Source: Promethearchaeota archaeon
GTDB taxonomy: Archaea > Asgardarchaeota > Odinarchaeia > Odinarchaeales > JBHLKK01
Length of the DNA: 18,875 nt
Assembly: GCA_048939465.1 (NCBI GenBank)
Contig: JBHLPL010000031.1
Location: 1-18,875 of the forward strand
Direction of reading: 5' to 3'
Shown: positions 1 through 8,608 of the stretch, piece by piece
Numbering within the stretch: position 1 is the stretch's first letter
Layout: every line of letters begins with the position of its first letter
The notes under the pieces: model-generated
Databases searched by the model: none
Told to the model about the DNA's origin: nothing
What the model saw: only the letters and a program-made list of their open reading frames with translations
Translations under genes and position numbers: made by a program

Positions 1-39
1 GGAGAAGAGTGTCCTCATACCTTCCCAATCCCAGAACAT
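1..39 (-). CDS. 5' end of a CDS running off the window edge (MFWDWEGMRTLFS...), product unknown
   Basis: ATG at 39 on the minus strand, open to position 1. It is preceded by GGGGGGAG and AGGAGGT SD-like sequences and lies 20 nt downstream of the stop of the 59..766 gene. Only 13 codons are visible. Confidence 0.45.
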   Translation of the reverse strand, partial: MFWDWEGMRTLFS

Positions 40-58
40 AACTCCCCCCAGGTACCTC

Positions 59-766
59 CTACCGGATTCCCACCGGTTTTTCTCCTTGAACATATATGTA
101 GAAAATCGCCCGCCCCAGCCCGAACTCCTCGCTGTCAATTAGCATACGATACCCATTTCTCCGCCCAGGAGAAGAGTCTTCGATCTGCCTTTGCTTCCAG
201 ACCTCCTTAACAATCGGAGTCAGGTCCTCGATTACAACATTCTCAAGCCCGGCATCCCTCATCCAAGTTCGAAAATCATCACGGGTAGCTTCACACAAAT
301 AATTCAGGCCAATGGTTTTGAGGTCAGCTAGAACTTCGTCAGGAATGGGTTTGGTGGTAATTATGTCCGTTAGTATCATCCTGCCCCCGCCCTTCAGAAC
401 TCGAGCCATCTCTTTCTGCCCTATCTCGGTAGGTTCTGGTGTGGGATAGACTACAAACTCGCTGATCAGACCGTCGAACTCCTCATCTGGCGAAGGAATA
501 CTATATCTCTCTGCTACACTGAATTCAATAAGGTCTTCAATTCCTCTTTTTTTAGCATAGTCTTTTGCTTTTTGAAGTAAATCCTTTCTCAAATCAAGTC
601 CTAGTATCTCTACGCGGTCGTCTGCTTTTTCCCTCAGCCAAAAGACCATCTCCCCCGAACCACAGCATAGTACAAGAATCTTCTTTCCTTCTGTTGGATT
701 CAGGCCTCTCCATATCTTATCAAGAATTGGACCAAGCATCAGGATTTCCCTATCATTCCAATCCAC
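59..766 (-). CDS. Class I SAM-dependent methyltransferase (Methyltransf_11/31-like)
   Basis: Motif I variant ILVLCCGSGE, acidic residue after beta2 (GLDLR), D..FD.L motif (PDEEFDGLISE) and post-II motif EMARVLKGGGRMILTD. GTG start follows a GGGGGG SD. Confidence 0.85.
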   Translation of the reverse strand: MDWNDREILMLGPILDKIWRGLNPTEGKKILVLCCGSGEMVFWLREKADDRVEILGLDLRKDLLQKAKDYAKKRGIEDLIEFSVAERYSIPSPDEEFDGLISEFVVYPTPEPTEIGQKEMARVLKGGGRMILTDIITTKPIPDEVLADLKTIGLNYLCEATRDDFRTWMRDAGLENVVIEDLTPIVKEVWKQRQIEDSSPGRRNGYRMLIDSEEFGLGRAIFYIYVQGEKPVGIR

Positions 767-921
767 ATGATTCCCCCCTTAGTTTTGACAGCTTTGATTT
801 CTGAGCTTACTCCACTGTATTTGATTTCTAATAAAAGATTTATGATATTCTTCTGGTATGAGGTTTTTAATAGGTTCGATCATAATAGGTTAGATCGCAA
901 TGATGTAGAGGTGACTGAACA

Positions 922-1662
922 ATGCGCATCACAGTATTTAATGGAAGCTCTCGAGGAGAAAAGGGGAATACGAATATCATGGTAAAGGAATTCCTCAATG
1001 GTGCACGAGAAGCAGGAGCTGGAACCGAGAACATCTTTCTAGTAGAGAAGAACATAAAACACTGTTTGGCTTGTTTTACTTGTTGGTTGAAGACGCCAGG
1101 CAAATGCGTGACAAGGGATGATATGGAGGATTTGCTTCAGAGATTCATGGATTCAGACATTGTCGTGTACGCAACTCCAGTTTATGTGGATAATGTTTCA
1201 GGGATCATGAAGAATTTCATGGATAGACACCTTCCAATCATTGATCCCTATTTTGAGAAGGATGAAAACGGAGAGTATCGCCATAGAAGGAGATATAGCA
1301 AATATCCAAAGATTGTAGCGATATCAAATTGCGCGTATCCGGAGCAAAGCAACTTCCAGGTAATTCATCTGCTGTCAAGAAGAATTGCAAGGAACCTGCA
1401 TTCTGAAGTGATTGGTGAAATATACAGAGGAGGGGCGGAGATCCTCAGAAGCAGGAGTCCCGCACTTGCACCCCTAGTCGAAAAATATAAGGTGAGTCTG
1501 AGGCAAGCAGGAAGAGAATTGGCTGAGAACCTGAAGCTTTCAAAAGAGACCGTTCAAGAGCTGGAAAAGCCAATTATATCGCACGATCTGTACGTAAAGG
1601 GCCTTAATGACGCCTGGGACAGATATTTCTCCCAGCATGAGACATCCTCTACTCGGGAGTAA
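922..1662 (+). CDS. Iron-sulfur flavoprotein / NADPH-dependent FMN reductase family (flavodoxin-like)
   Basis: N-terminal GSSR.GNT FMN-phosphate loop, Isf-type Cys motif CLACFTCWLKTPGKC, and ATPVYVDNVSGIMKNFMDR. GAGGTGA SD at 908-914. Confidence 0.9.
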   Translation: MRITVFNGSSRGEKGNTNIMVKEFLNGAREAGAGTENIFLVEKNIKHCLACFTCWLKTPGKCVTRDDMEDLLQRFMDSDIVVYATPVYVDNVSGIMKNFMDRHLPIIDPYFEKDENGEYRHRRRYSKYPKIVAISNCAYPEQSNFQVIHLLSRRIARNLHSEVIGEIYRGGAEILRSRSPALAPLVEKYKVSLRQAGRELAENLKLSKETVQELEKPIISHDLYVKGLNDAWDRYFSQHETSSTRE

Positions 1663-1711
1663 TCCGAGCTTCTCTGTGTTGGTCTGTATCTTTGTACGGT
1701 TGGGATCATTA

Positions 1712-2533
1712 ATGACTGTCAAGAATGGAGTCAAGGCCAGAGATTCAAAGGAAAACGTGCTAGATAGGCCCCTTTACAAAGAGTTTGCTTGGGCATATGA
1801 CCTTATCGTTTCCGATTTGGCCCTGGTGAGATGCAATTTCTTAGAGAGAATGTTTTCACAGAGAGGAGTTCAGCCGGGGTCCAAGATTCTTGACGCTGGC
1901 TGTGGAACAGGTAACTATTCAATTGAACTAGCCCGTAGAGGATACGATGTAACCGGTATTGATATCTCCTCAGAACTAATATTCCTGGCAGAGAAAAAGA
2001 AGAAACTTTCGTCCCTATCTCTCGCTTTTAGGGAAGGAAACATCCTAGAACTGCCTTCTTTCAGCAGGTTTGATGGAATTCTGTGCCGAGGAGTCCTTAA
2101 CGATGTTATTGACGATACGAGTCGCCGAGAAGTATTCCTTTCGTTCGCAAGTTCCCTCCGCAAATCTGGCACCCTGATTCTTGATGTGAGAGAATGGGAA
2201 TCCACCGCTGCGAGAAAGAGGAAAGAACCTCTCTTCGAGAAATCCATCAACACAAAAGAGGGAAAGATTACCTTTCAGAGTATTACTAGGCTTGACAAAG
2301 AGACAAGACAAATGCTTATTAAGGAACGCTTCAGAATTGAAAGAGATGGTTCTGCGGAGACCTCTGAATACGATTTTATTATGAAATGCTGGACAAAAAG
2401 CGAATTAGATGATTATCTTATCAACGCAGGATTTGGATCCATCGACTATTTTGGAGAATATGATTTTGAAAAACCCCTAGGCACAACCGAGCGAATTGTC
2501 GCTGCAGCTTCTCTAAAAGGCGGCACATACTGA
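1712..2533 (+). CDS. Class I SAM-dependent methyltransferase (Methyltransf_25-like)
   Basis: LY..FAWAYD N-terminal motif, ILDAGCGTG motif I, VTGIDIS, and FDGILC. Start moved from 1607 (which overlaps the upstream gene) to ATG 1712; GTG 1757 is an alternative. Confidence 0.85.
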   Translation: MTVKNGVKARDSKENVLDRPLYKEFAWAYDLIVSDLALVRCNFLERMFSQRGVQPGSKILDAGCGTGNYSIELARRGYDVTGIDISSELIFLAEKKKKLSSLSLAFREGNILELPSFSRFDGILCRGVLNDVIDDTSRREVFLSFASSLRKSGTLILDVREWESTAARKRKEPLFEKSINTKEGKITFQSITRLDKETRQMLIKERFRIERDGSAETSEYDFIMKCWTKSELDDYLINAGFGSIDYFGEYDFEKPLGTTERIVAAASLKGGTY

Positions 2534-2604
2534 TTTCGGAGGAGGTTAATGCGGCTCCGCTATTCAGAGAAGACTGAGAGATATCCCGCAGGTTGTTCGG
2601 ATCA

Positions 2605-3255
2605 TCATCTCGTCGCGGGCAGCCATAGGACACCCCGAGGCATTTCCTTTTTGGCTTCTATCCTCCTCTTCTCCTTCTTTCTTTTCTTCTTCTTTTCTTT
2701 TCTTCCTTTCTTCTTTTCCTTCTTTTTCTTCTGGCGTTTATCTGCCTTTGGATCTCCCTTGTACTCTTCTTCCGTCTGAGGAATTTGAACCTCTTCTAGA
2801 CCCGGACTAGCCAGCTTCTCTGTCCCAGGCGAAAATCCAGGACGGACTACCACCGGTGATTGAGGAACGGGTACCTCGGCAGCTGCGCTGGCGGGCGCAG
2901 CTTCCTCCGGGGATGATTTATCAATTCCTTCAAAATCGTCTTTGAATTTCCTCAGCAATATCCCCAACGATGCTATCACCATCTCAGCCCGTTCTTCAGA
3001 ATTGATAGCCAAGGCCAGCTTATCTGAAACCCTGGATACCAAAAGGCAGCTCTTCCCAAGATTCTTGACCTGATAATCGCCGCTGTCCCATAAAGGAAAG
3101 CTTCGAGGAATGATTTCTTTTGTAATGACCTCGGCTTCTTTACCCAGCGTGCTGCATACACTATTACCTTCAGAGTCGAACAGTCCGACGTGGACTTCGG
3201 AACTGGCAATCATTCCTTGTTTTATCTGCGTAATTAGGTCCCTAGTCTTTGACAT
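2605..3255 (-). CDS. Hypothetical protein: N-terminal Roadblock/longin/profilin-like domain, Pro/Ala/Glu linker, Lys-rich C-terminal tail
   Basis: 216-aa ORF ending in a tandem TGA TGA. Residues ~1-110 show a helix / VGLFDSEGNSVCS hairpin / helix / three strands / helix pattern. The fold call is by pattern only. Confidence 0.6.
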   Translation of the reverse strand: MSKTRDLITQIKQGMIASSEVHVGLFDSEGNSVCSTLGKEAEVITKEIIPRSFPLWDSGDYQVKNLGKSCLLVSRVSDKLALAINSEERAEMVIASLGILLRKFKDDFEGIDKSSPEEAAPASAAAEVPVPQSPVVVRPGFSPGTEKLASPGLEEVQIPQTEEEYKGDPKADKRQKKKKEKKKGRKEKKKKRKKEKRRIEAKKEMPRGVLWLPATR

Positions 3256-3467
3256 TTATTACAATCCCTTTGATATCTGAACATCTCTTTTCCATGATCA
3301 TATTCGTCGAAAAGGATTATAAGGATTCTTTTCAAGGAGAGTCGGTTCACACACAAGGAGTTAGAAGTAGCCATTTCATACGGAAGAAGATGTATGGAAA
3401 GCGGTTCTCTTTGACAGAAGTCATATCAGATTCTTAATCGAAAGGGGAATCTCTCTGTAATTGCAGA

Positions 3468-4223
3468 TCATGATGGGTGGCCTCTCTCTCCCGCTTTGAA
3501 TTTGGAGCTACCAATTACAATCTCTCTCAAGCTCTGGGCAAATCTGGTCTTGATAAGTCGCTTTGCATCGCCCACTGCGTCTTCAAGGTTTTGATCAAAA
3601 TCTATCCCACCCAGAACCTGTACCGAGAACTCTTTTAGCCGATCTTCGACAAACGGCCTTTTTCGAAATCTCATATTTTCAATAACACCCAGAATTGGAA
3701 CCGAGAGCTCCTTCAATACCTGAAGCATTTTCTTAACGGTCTCGATAGCTACCTTTGACTGCGTGGTTACGATCACAAACTCGTTTCTCTTCATTAATCT
3801 AATGACATCTAGAGTAGCATCGCCAATGCCCGGGGGCATATCGATCACAAGGAAGTCCAAAGCTCCCCATCTAGTAATCGTCAGTAGTTCAATCAATGCG
3901 TTGGATACGTCTGACCCTCTTATCGGCGAGGGGCTATCGCCGGCGTAATATATTATAGAAATGAATTTGATTCCATGAACTTCTGGCGGGACTATGCCTT
4001 TTTCTTCTTTTGGGTAGAGGCGACTGATTCCTAGTATTACGTGGTCCGAAGGACCATAGAAGTCCAGATCAAACAGTCCAACTCTATATCCCAAATCTGC
4101 CAATATTAATGCCAGCGTAGAAGAGACCATGCTTTTGCCAATTCCACCTTTTCCACCAGTCACTGCGATTATTCTTCCTATTCCTCCAAGGCGTTCGTCA
4201 ATAATGTTTATTCTCGGATCCAT
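3468..4223 (-). CDS. hypB: Mrp/MinD-family P-loop ATPase, ATPase-type HypB (Thermococcales-like nickel-insertion partner of HypA)
   Basis: Deviant Walker A GGKGGIGKS, DLDFYGPSDH, LLTITRWGALDFLVIDMPPG and VIENM. N-terminus MDPRINIIDERL. Immediately downstream of hypA. Lacks the C-terminal CxxC of ApbC/Nbp35. Confidence 0.8.
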   Translation of the reverse strand: MDPRINIIDERLGGIGRIIAVTGGKGGIGKSMVSSTLALILADLGYRVGLFDLDFYGPSDHVILGISRLYPKEEKGIVPPEVHGIKFISIIYYAGDSPSPIRGSDVSNALIELLTITRWGALDFLVIDMPPGIGDATLDVIRLMKRNEFVIVTTQSKVAIETVKKMLQVLKELSVPILGVIENMRFRKRPFVEDRLKEFSVQVLGGIDFDQNLEDAVGDAKRLIKTRFAQSLREIVIGSSKFKAGERGHPS

Positions 4224-4232
4224 TCGGACCGC

Positions 4233-4649
4233 CTATCCTCTCGTTCCTTCTATTGATGCTATCCATACTCCTCTTCCTTTTAATACCTCAAAATCAGGAC
4301 TGTTGCATTCCGGGCATCTAATATAGACGTGTGCTACTTCAGGGATGAAATGGATAGCCTCTGCATCGTCAGGTCTTAATCTCTCCAAGGATTCCTTAAA
4401 AAGCCACTTCTTGTGACAGGCTCGACATTCCAAAACTGCTTCCTCTATTTCGATTTCTATGTCGGCTTTCTCAAGCGTAGGCCCTTGTGTCTTCTTTATC
4501 TCTCCTATTGCAAATCGAAATAGGTCCAATTCTACCTGTTGAAGCTTTCCGATTTTGACAGTTATTCTGCTGACTTTTTCTAATCCCTTTTCCCTTGACA
4601 CTTTAAGCGCAGTCGTAATTACTGCTTCCGCCAGTGCCCATTCATGCAT
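4233..4649 (-). CDS. hypA: Hydrogenase nickel incorporation protein HypA (long archaeal type)
   Basis: MHEWALA nickel-binding N-terminus at ATG 4649 with AGGTGA SD, Zn motifs CRAC and CPEC, and HFIPEVAH and GRGV motifs. ORF-track start 4730 is too far upstream. Confidence 0.95.
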   Translation of the reverse strand: MHEWALAEAVITTALKVSREKGLEKVSRITVKIGKLQQVELDLFRFAIGEIKKTQGPTLEKADIEIEIEEAVLECRACHKKWLFKESLERLRPDDAEAIHFIPEVAHVYIRCPECNSPDFEVLKGRGVWIASIEGTRG

Positions 4650-4798
4650 GCGATTCACCTTTGCGTGCCAAAAGCGTGGATTTCCAGATATTACCGTAAT
4701 ATACCTATTATTAATGTTTGGGTTGATCAAAATGGCTGAGTGCTCGTTACGGCGCGAGTTCAGTGTGATTACGAATTAATGATTCTTCTTCCCAGAAG

Positions 4799-4814
4799 CA
4801 AAAAGCTATTTAAA
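4799..4814 (+). promoter_or_regulatory. BRE/TATA promoter of glnA, probably leaderless transcript
   Basis: CAAAAAG followed by TATTTAAA (4807-4814), ending 22 nt before ATG 4837. No SD is present. Confidence 0.65.
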
Positions 4815-4836
4815 CAGCAATCACAACCATTAAGAT

Positions 4837-6165
4837 ATGCCAAGCGAAAATACTTTGGAGAAAGCGAAGAAAGACAAGGTGAAGTTCATAAGTCTGCAGA
4901 TAACTGACTTGCTCGGTGTTATAAAAGAAGTTGTCATCCCTTTTAATCAGTTCAGAGATGCCTTATCAGATGGAGTTTGGTTTGACGGGTCTTCAATCGA
5001 GGGATTTGCCAGAATACAAGAAAGCGACCTATTTTTGAAACCGGATCCATTAACCTACAATATCGTTCCGTGGTTGACAGAAAATGGCAAGACTGCAAGA
5101 GTGATCTGTGACATTTACGGATCGGGCGGTGAACCTTATGACGGGGATCCCAGATACATCCTTAAGAAGACCTGTGCCGAAGTAGCAGAAATGGGCTATG
5201 AATACAATGTCGGTCCAGAACCGGAGTTTTATCTATTCAAGAAAACCGATTCGGCCACACCGGTTCCGATAGATCCATCAGGTTATTTCGATATATCCTC
5301 GCACGAAGGTTATAAATTCATAAAACAAATAATCATTGCCCTCAGGGATTTCGGAATCAAAGTCGAAGCATCGCATCACGAAGTAGGACGGGGGCAATAC
5401 GAAGTAGATGTCTCTTATGGAAACTGTTTGGAAATAGCAGACAAACTGCTGACTCTAAAACATGCAGTTAAGAACATCGCCCAGATGTACAACCTTGACG
5501 CAACATTCATGCCAAAACCCATAATGGGTGCACCTGGAAATGGGATGCACATTCATCAAAGCTTATTTGACATAAAGCAAGGTAAAAATGTATTCTTTGA
5601 CGCAGAAGACAGATACAACCTATCTGAGCTTGCTTACGGTTTCATCGCCGGACAAATGACGCATATCAAGGCTCTATGTGCGGTCCTCTGCCCGACAGTC
5701 AATTCATACAAGCGGCTGGTTACGGGCTTTGAAGCGCCGGTATATATCACTTGGGCTAGCATGAACAGATCCGCGCTAATAAGAGTGCCAAGATGGTTTA
5801 AGCAGAGACCTAAATCTGCCAGAATCGAGCTGAGGTGCCCAGATCCAAGCTGTAATCCCTACCTCGCTTTTGCGGTAGCTCTCAGGGCGGGTTTAGACGG
5901 AATTAAGAACAATTTAACGCCGCCAAAAGCAGTGGAAGAGAACGTGTATCAGTTTGATGACCTGAGTCTGTTGACTAGGAAGATCGATACGTTGCCGTCA
6001 TCTCTGTTCGAGGCATTAAACGAGCTGAAAAAAAGTAAGCTTCTCCGAGAAATCCTTGGAGAAGAGCTATTCAGGAGATATATCGAAATCAAGACAAAGG
6101 AATGGAATGAGTTTAAGGTTCAGGTCACTTCATGGGAATTGAGCAAGTATATGAACATCTACTAA
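4837..6165 (+). CDS. glnA: Glutamine synthetase type I (GSI-alpha)
   Basis: FDGSSIEGF, GPEPEFYLF, HHEVG.GQYE, FMPKP..G..GNGMHIHQS, NSYKRLV.GFEAP, NRSALIRVP and RIELRCPD motifs are all intact. Confidence 0.97.
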   Translation: MPSENTLEKAKKDKVKFISLQITDLLGVIKEVVIPFNQFRDALSDGVWFDGSSIEGFARIQESDLFLKPDPLTYNIVPWLTENGKTARVICDIYGSGGEPYDGDPRYILKKTCAEVAEMGYEYNVGPEPEFYLFKKTDSATPVPIDPSGYFDISSHEGYKFIKQIIIALRDFGIKVEASHHEVGRGQYEVDVSYGNCLEIADKLLTLKHAVKNIAQMYNLDATFMPKPIMGAPGNGMHIHQSLFDIKQGKNVFFDAEDRYNLSELAYGFIAGQMTHIKALCAVLCPTVNSYKRLVTGFEAPVYITWASMNRSALIRVPRWFKQRPKSARIELRCPDPSCNPYLAFAVALRAGLDGIKNNLTPPKAVEENVYQFDDLSLLTRKIDTLPSSLFEALNELKKSKLLREILGEELFRRYIEIKTKEWNEFKVQVTSWELSKYMNIY

Positions 6166-6283
6166 TCCTACGAGGAGGACTGAGGACCTTGGTTTCTTAT
6201 ATCCTTTCTTATGGGATTCGTGGGATCGTTTTGAGTTGCCATGGAGACAAAGCTTTTCAGGACAATAAGGAAAGTGCTGCTTC

Positions 6284-7108
6284 ATGAAAATACTCTATGT
6301 AACAGACTTGCACGGACACAAATGGAAATACGAGGCTTTGTGGAAGATCGCCAAGAAACGTAGGCCAGATTTGGTAGTCAATGGAGGGGACATGCTCCCG
6401 AAGGGGGACGACAACTTGCATTGGCAAGGCGAATTCATCGAAGAATACCTTGACAGCTGCTTCGATAGATTCAATTCGGCTGGAATTCATTATCTTTGCT
6501 ATTTGGGGAATGACGACCTAAGAGTCCTTGATCCTCTTTTCAACGAGATCTGCGATAAGTATCCATATGTGTACAATTTTGCACAACGCAGGGTAGAGAT
6601 TAGTGGCTATGAATTCATCGGCACGAATTTTGTGGTGGATTATGAGTTTCAGCTCAAGGACCGCTGCAGGATGGATACGAAAGACTACGTTTTCAGAGAG
6701 CAGCTGGGAACTCCTGTACTGTCTTCTACAAATGGGTGGAAAAAAATTGATGACTGGTTTTCCTACGCTCAAACTCTTCCAACAATTGAAGACGAGCTTA
6801 AACAACTAATAAGGCCTAAGAACATGCTGAACGCCATCTACGTAATTCATATGCCTCCATTTATGAGGGGGCTGGATACGCCTTATCACGGGAAAGAGGT
6901 GGGATCAAAGGCAGTCTTTGATTTCATCTTGGAGAATCAGCCAAAGCTATCACTTCACGGACACATTCATGAGTCTCCTGAAATGACCGGCAAATGGCTT
7001 ACCAAGATTGGCGATACAATCACTATCCAGCCCGGTCAACCAAAGAATGCATTTGTCTACGTAAAGATTGATTTGTCATCGAACAGGATTGAAAGAGTCA
7101 AGGTGTGA
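6284..7108 (+). CDS. Calcineurin-like metallophosphoesterase
   Basis: DLHG, GGDML, GNDD, H.PP and HGHIHE metal-binding motifs. Confidence 0.9.
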   Translation: MKILYVTDLHGHKWKYEALWKIAKKRRPDLVVNGGDMLPKGDDNLHWQGEFIEEYLDSCFDRFNSAGIHYLCYLGNDDLRVLDPLFNEICDKYPYVYNFAQRRVEISGYEFIGTNFVVDYEFQLKDRCRMDTKDYVFREQLGTPVLSSTNGWKKIDDWFSYAQTLPTIEDELKQLIRPKNMLNAIYVIHMPPFMRGLDTPYHGKEVGSKAVFDFILENQPKLSLHGHIHESPEMTGKWLTKIGDTITIQPGQPKNAFVYVKIDLSSNRIERVKV

Positions 7109-7203
7109 CATAATAGCGGCAGTATTATTCATTCAGATTGCTGCCTCGGGCCGATACGGGCTTTTTCCTTGATTTTTCCGTAAGAGTCGGTACGATAGAG
7201 CAG

Positions 7204-7239
7204 TCAGAATATTCAGATTTATCAGAGAAATCAGAAAAG
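7204..7239 (+). repeat. Four tandem 9-bp units with invariant TCAGA core
   Basis: TCAGAATAT-TCAGATTTA-TCAGAGAAA-TCAGAAAAG, with TCAGA at 7204, 7213, 7222 and 7231. Confidence 0.85.
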
Positions 7240-7248
7240 CTTAAATAT
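7234..7248 (+). promoter_or_regulatory. BRE/TATA promoter of the hgcC-like/arsM operon
   Basis: GAAAAG followed by CTTAAATAT, about 33 nt upstream of ATG 7281. Confidence 0.6.
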
Positions 7249-7280
7249 CGAAAAGAGTATTATTGGGTTGGTTGAACGGA

Positions 7281-7562
7281 ATGACAGAAAAAAAGAGAAC
7301 GAAGACATGTCATGAATCAGCAAGAGAGTCGAGCAGTTGCTGTAAAGTTGAATCGATTACTAGAATCGACGATCGAGGTCAGATGGTGCTTCCCAAGGAG
7401 ATAAGAGAAAAGGCCAAAATCCGAGCTGGAGATAAACTGGCGGTCTTGAGTATGGAAAAGAATGGAGAGGTGTGTTGCATCTCATTGATAAAAGTCGAGG
7501 ACCTTGCGGGAAAAGTGAAGGATCTGCTCGGCCCACTTATGGAGGATATTCTTGCTGAGTGA
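7281..7562 (+). CDS. hgcC: AbrB/MazE/SpoVT-fold protein, HgcAB-associated HgcC-like, with two CC pairs
   Basis: [35 protein letters not shown] swapped-hairpin signature plus a VCCISLIK motif. Adjacent to arsM. ATG 7281 is preferred over TTG 7263. Confidence 0.75.
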   Translation: MTEKKRTKTCHESARESSSCCKVESITRIDDRGQMVLPKEIREKAKIRAGDKLAVLSMEKNGEVCCISLIKVEDLAGKVKDLLGPLMEDILAE

Positions 7563-7588
7563 TATTGAACAGTTTAGGATGTGACAGA

Positions 7589-8428
7589 ATGAGTGATGAA
7601 AGAATAAGGAAATATGTAAGAGAGAGTTATGCCAGGATTGCCAAAGAAAACTGCTCTTGTTGCGGGTCCTCGAGTTCAGATAGTGGGACTCCTGACACCA
7701 AGAAAGATTTGAGTGATAAGATGGGTTATTCGGCGAAAGAGCTTGAATCGGTCCCAGAAGGCTCAAACTTGGGTCTCGGTTGCGGAAATCCCGTTGCTCT
7801 CGCTTCTCTGAGAGAAGGCGACACTGTGCTTGATTTGGGTTCGGGGGCAGGATTTGACTGTTTTCTTGCCGCCGACAGAGTAGGCAAGAACGGAAGAGTG
7901 ATCGGAGTGGATATGACACCGGAGATGATTGACAGGGCAAGAGAGAATAAAAAGAAAGGCAATTATCGTAATGTAGAATTTAGACTCGGAGAAATAGAGA
8001 ACCTACCGGCTTCTGATAATTCAGTCGATGTGATAATCTCAAATTGTGTCATCAACTTGGCCCCTGACAAGAAAAAAGTCTTCAAGGAAGCTTTTAGAGT
8101 CTTGAAACCCGGCGGAAGGCTCATGGTCTCAGATATTGTGCTGTATAACCGCCTCCCTGATATCATAAAGAACTCGATGAAGGCGTATGCGGGCTGTGTT
8201 GCTGGGGCATTGATGAAAGAGGAGTACTTGAAAAGCATAAAGGATGCGGGATTTCGTGAAGTCAAGATATTAGATGAAAGGGCGTTCAGCATCAACTGCG
8301 TTGACGCCTATGACCCTGAAAAGGATTCAATTGAAAGAATAAATCTACCTCATGAAGCTACAAAGGAACTCCAGAATGCGGGGGCAAGCGTAAGCGTATA
8401 CGCGACCAAACCCAGCGAGAAGACCTAG
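7589..8428 (+). CDS. arsM: Arsenite S-adenosylmethionine methyltransferase
   Basis: N-terminal [35 protein letters not shown] and YAGCVAGA, which are the conserved ArsM/AS3MT cysteines. ATG 7589 follows AGGATGTGA. Confidence 0.93.
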   Translation: MSDERIRKYVRESYARIAKENCSCCGSSSSDSGTPDTKKDLSDKMGYSAKELESVPEGSNLGLGCGNPVALASLREGDTVLDLGSGAGFDCFLAADRVGKNGRVIGVDMTPEMIDRARENKKKGNYRNVEFRLGEIENLPASDNSVDVIISNCVINLAPDKKKVFKEAFRVLKPGGRLMVSDIVLYNRLPDIIKNSMKAYAGCVAGALMKEEYLKSIKDAGFREVKILDERAFSINCVDAYDPEKDSIERINLPHEATKELQNAGASVSVYATKPSEKT

Positions 8429-8608
8429 GAGAAGCAGTTAGGGCGGTCTATCCAAGATCCCTGCACTCAATCTTCTTTTGAGTTAGGACTCTGTGAAGCA
8501 TTAAGATACCGTACTTATTCTCCTTTGTGGTTTTTGGCTTTAACTATCTCTGGCCTGAAGTGAAAGGATTAAAAGCAGGGAGTTGCATCCTCCTCCCGGG
8601 AATAAGCT

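Noticed and set aside
2614-2643. Similarity of MPRGVLW (end of the Roadblock-like protein) to MRGLVW (15306 micro-ORF), both next to Lys-rich runs
   Set aside because: Only a five-residue resemblance with no nucleotide repeat; likely coincidence.
4650-4836. NrpR (GGAA-N6-TTCC) or SurR (GTT-N3-AAC) boxes at the hypA/glnA promoters
   Set aside because: No exact match was found by eye.
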